A stretch of DNA of 64,000 bases, from NCBI GenBank assembly GCA_903958625.1, contig CAJBTU010000084.1:7472-71471 (forward strand), given 5' to 3'. Positions within the stretch are counted from its first letter, which is position 1; every line of letters begins with the position of its first letter. The DNA is from an uncultured Ignavibacteriota bacterium. GTDB lineage: Bacteria; Bacteroidota; Ignavibacteria; UBA10030; UBA8401. The position numbers and the translations under genes were made by a program. Under the pieces are notes generated by a model. It saw only the letters and a list, made by a program, of their open reading frames with translations. It had not been told where the DNA came from and searched no databases. Of this stretch, positions 46,442-53,967 are shown piece after piece.

Positions 46442-49400
46442 TTGAAAAAAAGCGCCACATACTATTTGTTTATTTTGATCGGGTTCTGTGCCGGTATCGT
46501 TGATGCACAGATCAGCACGGTGCATTTACGGCTGCCGGATTCGTTGGGGAAACGGAACACCGTTTATTTCTATCCGGTCTATTGCGACGATTCATTGAGA
46601 ACCGCCGACTCCGTTATTTCCGGTGAATTCACAGTGGCGCCGAACAATGTGTTTACCGTGACCGGCATTGATACGGCTGGAACGATTCTCGGCAAGGCTC
46701 AGAATATATTGTATAACAATACGACGAAAAAATTTGTCTTTGCCAATGCTCAGCCGATCACCGGAAAAGGTGTGCTCATCTATCTTACGGTTACCGTGAA
46801 TGCATCGGCATTTCCCGGTGTTGCCGAAACGGTAACTCTTTCGGGCACATTGCTGAACGAAGGAACACCGTCTGTAGCGGTAAGTAACGGTTCTTTCCGT
46901 CCGATGGATATTTTTGTTAGTCCGAAATACCCACCACAGAATACAGTGGTCGGCGATTCGATTTTCTTTTCAGCCGGCGGGGATGTAACACCGCCGCTAA
47001 TTTGGAGCGTTAGCGATACTTCGGTCGCATTCATCAATGCATCGGGAGTGCTCATCGGGAAAAAAGTCGGATCAACATATGTTAAGGTCATAGATTCATA
47101 CGGACTGCAGGATCAATCGAACACATTTCAGATCAATTCCCCGGCGCTGAACAGTTTAACGATTTCGATTCGCGATACATCATTCATGCAGAACCTCACA
47201 TTCGATCTTCCGGTTCATGTATCAGATGTTACTTCGCTGGGAATAACTTCTGCGCAGTGGAAATTGAATTTCAATCCCAATACGCTCATACCCATATCAG
47301 TAATTACCACCGGCACTCTTGCGCAGTCGTGGGGAATACCGTCCGTGAATTATGGCACAGGAACGATCACTGTTGCAATGGCAGGATCGGATACGCTTAC
47401 CGGACGCGGAATTTTAGCCTATGTACGCTTTCAAGTGAAACGATTTGCAGATCAAAGTTCAAATCTTGATCTGCAAAATGTTCTTTTTAATGAAACGATC
47501 TCAGCGGCTATTGACAATGCAATATTCTATCCTGTCACCGGACCGTTTATCAAGATCACACCAAGCATAGCAATGCTAACACGCGGAGACACGCTGACAT
47601 ATACTGCCTCGGGCGGAACGGCTCCCTACAAATGGTATTCATCGGATACAGTAAAAGCTGTTGTTGATTCCCTTACGGGAAAAGTAAAGGCGAAATCGCG
47701 GGGAACATTCACGTTGACCGCATTTGACGCCCAAAAATTTGACGGCAGTCTTATGATATTGGTGAACGATCTTTTGGCCACGCTGCCCGATACCATACTT
47801 CGTGTCGGTGATTCGGTCGATGTGCCGATCACTATCAGCGATGTTACCGGGCTTGGTATCCTATCGACCCAGATGAAGATAGGATATGACACGACAAAAG
47901 TCCGTTTCTCGCAATTGATCACCGCAGGAACATTAAGCGGTGGAATGATTTCTGCCGTTAACGATTCTGCTTCGGTCATTCGCATGGCGTTTTCCGGAAC
48001 GGTTCCTCTTGCCGGCAGCGGAGTGTTTGCAAAACTTCGATTTCATCACAGGGCGCCTTCAGGCAGCGGACAGTTCTCGCCGCTGATCTTTCTGGAATAT
48101 CAAAACAATGAACCGGGTCCATTACAGCCGACGGCAACGGTGAAGAATGGTACAATCACTATCTTTTCGCCGCTGAATAATATTCCGCAGTTTACGAAAG
48201 CAATGGCTGATACAACGGTTAACGAAGACCAGCAACTGACGTTCGATTACGATGCGTTTGATGCTGACAACGATCAGCTGAGATTTGTTTTGCAGAATCA
48301 ACCGGCGGGAATGACGATTGATTCTGTAACCGGCATATTGAAATGGAGGCCGAGTTTTAGTCAAGCGGGAAATTATACCTTCACTCTCTTTATTGTCGAT
48401 GGTAAAGGAGGAATCATTTCCAAACAGACAACCGTAATTGTATTGAACACGAATCGTCCGCCCGCATTCACAAAAATGCTGAAGGATACAGTTGTCTTCG
48501 AAGGTCAATTACTGAAATTTGATATTGATGCGGCAGATCCTGATGGAGATGCGATCACATTCGGTTTGCAGGGACAATCAGCCGGCATGCAAATCGATAC
48601 GCTCACGGGAATTTTTACGTGGACACCGGCATTCAATCAGCAGGGACTGCATAATTTTTCCGTTCGCGCGTCTGATAGTCAAGGCTCCAATGTCACTGCC
48701 GGTATTTCCATCACCGTAACAAATACGAACCGTGCTCCGGTATTCACTGCCGTTATGAAAGATACAACCATCAATGAGAACCAGCAGCTGACATTTGATT
48801 ACAATGCATCCGATCCGGATAATGATATTGTTACGTTCTTTCTGCAGAATGCACCGGCCGGCATGTTGATCGATTCAATTACTGGCATAATGAATTGGCT
48901 GCCAGGGTTTGACCAATCAGGCAACCATAATTTCATTATTTCCGCAAAGGATAACAACGGCGGATTTGTCAGCCGGTCGACGGCGATCAGTGTAGTTAAT
49001 AACAATCAACTTCCCGCTTTCACAAAAATCATGGGTGATACGTCGATCAACGAGGATCAGCAATTGACATTTGATTACAATGCGTCCGATCCTGATAATG
49101 ATCCGTTAAAATATTTTCTGCAAAATGCGCCGGCAGGGATGTCTCTCGATACGATCTCCGGCATTTTAAATTGGAAGCCGAACTTCAGTCAAGCCGGATC
49201 ATTTAGTTTTATTGTTTTGGCTATTGATAATAATGGGGGAAGCGTCGGCAAGCAGACAAATATCACCGTGAAAAATGTGAACCGGCCGCCATTCTTTACG
49301 ATCGTGATTCCCGAAACAACGTACACCGAGCCCGGTCTGCTTTCCAATTTTGCGTATGCAGGTCAGGATCCCGACAACGATATTCTGACGTTCACTGTTG

Positions 49401-52400
49401 TTGAAGCACCGAATGGTGCGGTCATCACATCGTCAGGTCAATTTTCATGGACACCAGCCGTTGCACAGGTGGGCACTCATCGCGTGATCATAAAAATGAC
49501 CGATGCTATCGCCAGCGTATTTGATACATCCTATTTTGTGGTGACGATAAAAAATACTGCGCCTGTATTTACCGCAACAATGAATGATACGACGATCAGT
49601 GAAACGCAGACGTTATCGTTCGCCTACAAAGCGTTCGACAAAGAAAATGATTCGTTGTTCTTTTCGTTCAGTAAGCAACCGCCGGCAGGCCTTACGTTGT
49701 CGCCGGTCGGCGTTCTCCAATGGACACCGGATTACACACAATCCGGAATCTATCTGGTCATCGTTAAATTGCACGAGCGCCAATTTACATTGACGGATAG
49801 CGTTAAGATCACCGTTCTGAACACGAATCGGCCGCCGCAGTATACGGCCAAGCTTCCTGATCTCAATACATTCGTTGATTCTCTGGTGACATTTCAATAT
49901 TCCGCTGCCGATCCCGACAACGATAACCTTACCTTTGCGTTATCAAAATTCCCGAGCGGTGCTGCAATCCAAAGCAACGGCATTTTCTCGTGGAAACCTG
50001 CCGCAATTCATCTCGGGAATGACACTATCATCGTCACCGTAAACGACGGTACAGCTTCCGTTCCGGATACTGCAATTCTGACGGTGAATGGATTTCCGTT
50101 GGCAGAAATAACTCCGAGAACTTTTGAATTTGGCTCAATAACTTTCGGCGGCACAAAAACATTAATGACAATTGTGAAGAACCGCGGAGTTGTGCCTCTT
50201 ACTTTCCATGCGGGACAGCAGTTCAATCTTCCGCCCGATCCTAATTTCATTCTTGATACCGTCGGAACGTCGATTATTTTGCCGGGGCAGCAGGATACAA
50301 TTTCAATCACCTATTCACCGAAATCTGTTGGTGGACATTCAACGGCATATACGTTTGCAACGAATGATTTCCGCTTGCCAAGTGTTACACTGTTCGCAAG
50401 CGGATCTGCCATTGCTACTCTTGTTGTGAAAAAAAGATTGCTGGTTGATGTTCAGCATAATTCGACCGCTGCGCTTACCGATTCCGTAAAAGGAATGGGC
50501 CAGCTCTTTACTTTTTTGGCAAAGAGCGGAATACACGTCAGCTACAGCAGCACGGTGCTTGAACCTTACGGGAATGATATTCTGCTGCTTGTCACACCGC
50601 AGAAGAACTTCACAAAGCCGGAGATCGACTCCGTCAATAGTTTTGTGAAAAATGGAGGATTATTGGTTGCACTCGGCAATTCTGCGCAAGAAGGAAGAAA
50701 TGATGCGTTGAATGCTCTTCTGAAGGATACAGTATGGGCAACGAATCTTTCACTGAATAACGATATCGTCGTCGATTCGTCCTCCTACGCAGGTTCGCCG
50801 TCAACGCCGTTTTTGACAACATTTGCGGATGCAAAGCATCCTTTCTTCTCAAATGCCGATACACTTGTATTCTTTTCCAGCAGCAGCGTGAACGTCTCCG
50901 GAACCGCAGTACCGTTTGTGACCACAACCGGAAAAGGGAAAACAATAGGAATTGCTGAAATAGTACAGCCAACGGTCGTTGGATTAAACAAAATTGGTAA
51001 AGGGAAGATCCTGCTGATGGGAGATGCGGATGCATGGCGCGTTGATACAAAGAGTGATTCTGTTCCGCCGAATATTGCGATCAAAGACAATCTTGCTTTT
51101 GTTCTGAACATATTAAGCATCACCGAAGACTATGAAGTGAAGATGCCTGCCAAAACACCGAACGAGCTTTATCAATTGGTAAGCATACCATTCGATCTTG
51201 AAAATTCTGATGTTAAATCGGTCCTAAAGGGATTGGGCGATCCGAATCCGCTGGTTTGGAGATTGTTCGGACGGTACGATCATGCAACAGCCAAATATGC
51301 AGAATTTCCGAGCGATAAATTTAATTCCTTCCACCGCGGAGAGGCATACTGGCTTATTACGCGCGGACAGTTCGACATAACTCCGGGAAACGCTACCATT
51401 GTTCCGGTGCAGAATTTTTACCAGATAAAAATTGCTCCCGGTTATTCGATCATCGGAAACCCATTTCCGTACAAGGTCAGTTGGAAACATTCCGTTCACG
51501 ACTCGGTGCAGAACGTGCTCTGGGGATATGACGGAACGGGCTTTAAGCCGGAATCTCTGGCATTGGATCCGTTCTCCGGATATTTTGTCAAGAATTATTC
51601 CGCGGACAGTCTGACGATCATGATCAATCCTCAGGATATCACGAATATTCCGAACGCGAACCTCGGCAAGAATTCTTCCACAACTGCTTCTATGAATGCC
51701 GGTGAATGGAAAGTCGGCATCTCGGCAGTATCCGGCAAGTCCTGCGACAACGAAAATTTTGCTGGTGTTGCCCCCGGCGCTAAAGTTGAGTTCGACAGTT
51801 ATGACATAGCAGAACCGCCCCCTACGCCGACCGATTATGTCATCGTGCGATTTCCGAACAAACAGTGGAAGCAGCAGCCGGGATCGTATGCAACGGATAT
51901 ACGTGCGGCGGACGAAGAAGGGCTATTCTGGGATTTTGAAGTGATCTCTTCGAAAGTGCAATCGAGCATCGATCTTACTCTGACCGAGTTTGGGAATATC
52001 CCAAATAACTTCTCATTATTTCTGATCGATAAAACAACTGAAAAAGCAGTGCTGCTTGGAACGTCGTATCAGTATCAGTTTACCATGATGAAGAATGAGA
52101 CAAAAAGGAATTTCCGTTTGATCGCCGGGAAAACGGAATTTGTGGAAAAAAATACGCAGGGCATTCCTCTTCTTGCTCTTGATTATGCACTGCTGCAGAA
52201 TTATCCGAATCCATTCAATCCATCGACGCAAATTCGTTACGTCCTTGGTCATAGCGGACACGTTCTACTCGAGATTTATAATATTCTGGGCCAGCGTGTG
52301 CGTACGCTGAGGAATGAATTCCAAACGATCGGAACATACAGTGTTGAATGGGATGGAAATGATGATGCCGGCGTCACCGTCTCGACCGGTGTCTATTTTT

Positions 52401-52471
52401 ATAAAGTGCACGTTCTTGCAAATGGTGAAAAGATCTTCACCGAAACAAAAAAAATGCTGTTGATGAAATAG
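46442..52471 (+). CDS. giant secreted multidomain adhesin/scaffoldin-like protein: 3 cohesin-like modules, 2 Big_2 domains, 7 cadherin-like repeats, an ASH/PapD-like Ig domain, a GATase1-like (DUF4350/GldG-like) region, an unknown domain and a T9SS sorting domain
   Basis: 2009 aa with an apparent TTG start and signal peptide ...GIVDA/QI. Domains called by eye (see sub-features). C-terminal QNYPNPFNPSTQIRY...GVYFYKV...KKMLLMK tail. Confidence 0.85.
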   Translation: MKKSATYYLFILIGFCAGIVDAQISTVHLRLPDSLGKRNTVYFYPVYCDDSLRTADSVISGEFTVAPNNVFTVTGIDTAGTILGKAQNILYNNTTKKFVFANAQPITGKGVLIYLTVTVNASAFPGVAETVTLSGTLLNEGTPSVAVSNGSFRPMDIFVSPKYPPQNTVVGDSIFFSAGGDVTPPLIWSVSDTSVAFINASGVLIGKKVGSTYVKVIDSYGLQDQSNTFQINSPALNSLTISIRDTSFMQNLTFDLPVHVSDVTSLGITSAQWKLNFNPNTLIPISVITTGTLAQSWGIPSVNYGTGTITVAMAGSDTLTGRGILAYVRFQVKRFADQSSNLDLQNVLFNETISAAIDNAIFYPVTGPFIKITPSIAMLTRGDTLTYTASGGTAPYKWYSSDTVKAVVDSLTGKVKAKSRGTFTLTAFDAQKFDGSLMILVNDLLATLPDTILRVGDSVDVPITISDVTGLGILSTQMKIGYDTTKVRFSQLITAGTLSGGMISAVNDSASVIRMAFSGTVPLAGSGVFAKLRFHHRAPSGSGQFSPLIFLEYQNNEPGPLQPTATVKNGTITIFSPLNNIPQFTKAMADTTVNEDQQLTFDYDAFDADNDQLRFVLQNQPAGMTIDSVTGILKWRPSFSQAGNYTFTLFIVDGKGGIISKQTTVIVLNTNRPPAFTKMLKDTVVFEGQLLKFDIDAADPDGDAITFGLQGQSAGMQIDTLTGIFTWTPAFNQQGLHNFSVRASDSQGSNVTAGISITVTNTNRAPVFTAVMKDTTINENQQLTFDYNASDPDNDIVTFFLQNAPAGMLIDSITGIMNWLPGFDQSGNHNFIISAKDNNGGFVSRSTAISVVNNNQLPAFTKIMGDTSINEDQQLTFDYNASDPDNDPLKYFLQNAPAGMSLDTISGILNWKPNFSQAGSFSFIVLAIDNNGGSVGKQTNITVKNVNRPPFFTIVIPETTYTEPGLLSNFAYAGQDPDNDILTFTVVEAPNGAVITSSGQFSWTPAVAQVGTHRVIIKMTDAIASVFDTSYFVVTIKNTAPVFTATMNDTTISETQTLSFAYKAFDKENDSLFFSFSKQPPAGLTLSPVGVLQWTPDYTQSGIYLVIVKLHERQFTLTDSVKITVLNTNRPPQYTAKLPDLNTFVDSLVTFQYSAADPDNDNLTFALSKFPSGAAIQSNGIFSWKPAAIHLGNDTIIVTVNDGTASVPDTAILTVNGFPLAEITPRTFEFGSITFGGTKTLMTIVKNRGVVPLTFHAGQQFNLPPDPNFILDTVGTSIILPGQQDTISITYSPKSVGGHSTAYTFATNDFRLPSVTLFASGSAIATLVVKKRLLVDVQHNSTAALTDSVKGMGQLFTFLAKSGIHVSYSSTVLEPYGNDILLLVTPQKNFTKPEIDSVNSFVKNGGLLVALGNSAQEGRNDALNALLKDTVWATNLSLNNDIVVDSSSYAGSPSTPFLTTFADAKHPFFSNADTLVFFSSSSVNVSGTAVPFVTTTGKGKTIGIAEIVQPTVVGLNKIGKGKILLMGDADAWRVDTKSDSVPPNIAIKDNLAFVLNILSITEDYEVKMPAKTPNELYQLVSIPFDLENSDVKSVLKGLGDPNPLVWRLFGRYDHATAKYAEFPSDKFNSFHRGEAYWLITRGQFDITPGNATIVPVQNFYQIKIAPGYSIIGNPFPYKVSWKHSVHDSVQNVLWGYDGTGFKPESLALDPFSGYFVKNYSADSLTIMINPQDITNIPNANLGKNSSTTASMNAGEWKVGISAVSGKSCDNENFAGVAPGAKVEFDSYDIAEPPPTPTDYVIVRFPNKQWKQQPGSYATDIRAADEEGLFWDFEVISSKVQSSIDLTLTEFGNIPNNFSLFLIDKTTEKAVLLGTSYQYQFTMMKNETKRNFRLIAGKTEFVEKNTQGIPLLALDYALLQNYPNPFNPSTQIRYVLGHSGHVLLEIYNILGQRVRTLRNEFQTIGTYSVEWDGNDDAGVTVSTGVYFYKVHVLANGEKIFTETKKMLLMK
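46508..48115 (+). other. alternating cohesin-like / Big_2 / cohesin-like / Big_2 / cohesin-like region
   Basis: Cohesin-like modules at about 46508-46892, 47145-47500 (LTFDLPVHVSDVTSLGITSAQWKLNFNPNTL...GILAYVRFQVK) and 47770-48115 (VDVPITISDVTGLGILSTQMKIGYDTTKV...GVFAKLRFHH). Big_2-like domains at about 46915-47140 and 47550-47770 (..ASGGTAPYKWYSSDTVKAVVDSLTGKVKAKSRGTFTLTA). Confidence 0.5.
48175..50090 (+). repeat. seven in-frame tandem repeats of about 275 bp (about 92 aa), encoding cadherin-like/He_PIG-type Ig domains
   Basis: Unit starts are near 48175, 48452, 48727, 49003, 49279, 49552 and 49824. The consensus is N(R)xPxFT..M.DTT.NE.Q.LTFDY.A.DPDND.L.F.LQN.PAGM.ID..TGI..W.P.F.Q.G...F.......GG.....T.I.V.NTN. 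Units 3 and 4 also share long DNA stretches (for example around 48781 and 49060). Confidence 0.85.
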
Positions 52472-52539
52472 TATCAAATGACATTCATTCACCATCATAA
52501 GAACCATCATTACACTTCACATTAAGGGGACGAACAAAA

Positions 52540-53793
52540 ATGTATATTTTTTACACAAACAGCCCTGTGCATTTATCGAAAATGCTTCGCGTTACGGTAT
52601 TGTTCATTGTATCATTGGGATTTGTTCATCCGCTCCAGGGACAGTGGACGAAAGGTGGGCTGACAGGAAAAAATATCTATGGGATCTATTCGAATGGAAC
52701 ATCGTTGTTTGTTGGAACGGATGCCAGCGGCATCTATAAAGGGACCGGCACCGATACTAATTGGACAAGTGCCAATAGCGGATTGACCTCTACCGGCATT
52801 CTTTGCGTAACGGGTATTTCACAGTTTCTGTTTGCCGGAACAAGCGGGGGTGTATTCCGTTCTGACGACAGCGCTAAGACATGGACTGCAAAAAATACAA
52901 ATTTGACAACACTTTTCGTCCGGGCTATAGCTATAAACGGAACGTGGATTTATGCCGGAACTGAAGGGGGTGGAGTGTTTAAGTCGTTCGATAATGCGGG
53001 AACATGGGCGCAACTTAGTGTCAGTCCTTCCGCTTCCGCCATTCGGACCATCATCGTCAACAGTGGAACAGTTTATGCGGGAACCTCCAGCGGCGGCATT
53101 TTTAAATCAACAGATGGAGGGACTACCTGGAATTCTGCCAATACAGGATTGACGGATCTTTTTGTGCGGGCGCTCGCATTTGTCGGAACAAACCTATTTG
53201 CCGGGACACCAAGCGGTGTATTTAAGTCAACGAATTCGGGTGGTGCGTGGACGTTGGTCAACACTGGACTAACTACGACATCCGTTGAAACATTCGCAGC
53301 AAGCGGATCGACTCTTTATGCGGGAACCGGCGGCGGCGGTGTATTCAGCACGACCAATGGCGGAACACAGTGGACGGCGTTCAATACAGGATTGAGCGGA
53401 TCAACGAACATGAACATCCGAACGCTCTTCTGCACGCAAACCAATATCTTTGCCGGAACGTTAGGGGGAGGAGTCTTTAAGGCTGCCATTACGCTAACGT
53501 CTATACAGAAAGATATTACTATTGCCACAAGCTTTGGTCTTCACCAGAACTATCCGAATCCATTTAATCCAAATACGACTATCTCATTTGCCGCGAAGAA
53601 TGCTGAACATGTGAATGTTACGGTGTATAATTCTATTGGTCAGACTGTCGCAACACTCTTTAATAACGTTGCTAATCCGAACGAACTATATACTCTCAAC
53701 TTCAACGGAAACAACCTTGCAAGCGGTATATATTTTTCATTACTCCGTTCTGCATCACACAACGAGATGAGAAAGATGATACTGATAAAATAG
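52540..53793 (+). CDS. secreted seven-bladed BNR/Ycf48-like beta-propeller protein with a T9SS sorting domain
   Basis: Seven units of about 42 aa of the form ..(I/L)(F/Y)AGT.(G)GG(V/I)FKS.(D/N).G.TW....(T/N)GL. Examples: SDDSAKTW, SFDNAGTW, STDGGTTW, STNSGGAW, TTNGGTQW. C-terminal HQNYPNPFNPNTTISF...GIYF tail. The start may be the ATG at 52582. Confidence 0.8.
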   Translation: MYIFYTNSPVHLSKMLRVTVLFIVSLGFVHPLQGQWTKGGLTGKNIYGIYSNGTSLFVGTDASGIYKGTGTDTNWTSANSGLTSTGILCVTGISQFLFAGTSGGVFRSDDSAKTWTAKNTNLTTLFVRAIAINGTWIYAGTEGGGVFKSFDNAGTWAQLSVSPSASAIRTIIVNSGTVYAGTSSGGIFKSTDGGTTWNSANTGLTDLFVRALAFVGTNLFAGTPSGVFKSTNSGGAWTLVNTGLTTTSVETFAASGSTLYAGTGGGGVFSTTNGGTQWTAFNTGLSGSTNMNIRTLFCTQTNIFAGTLGGGVFKAAITLTSIQKDITIATSFGLHQNYPNPFNPNTTISFAAKNAEHVNVTVYNSIGQTVATLFNNVANPNELYTLNFNGNNLASGIYFSLLRSASHNEMRKMILIK

Positions 53794-53967
53794 AAACACG
53801 AGTAAAAATATATATTCTTTTCTGCGCTGTCATTATTCCTGCCTCGCAGGTTATTAGATAAGCTGTTAGTTTTTAATTAGCCGACTTTTGATCTGCGTTT
53901 ACTTCATTGTTATTGAAGCAATGCATATCTATATTTCAATACTCAACAACACGGGTCTTTTCAGTCT

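Noticed and set aside
48175-50090. Periodic repeats of about 275 bp considered as a CRISPR-like or satellite array or a mobile-element relic
   Set aside because: The period is a multiple of 3 or close to it, the array is fully in frame within a 2009-aa ORF, and it encodes recognisable cadherin-like domains. These are coding tandem repeats.
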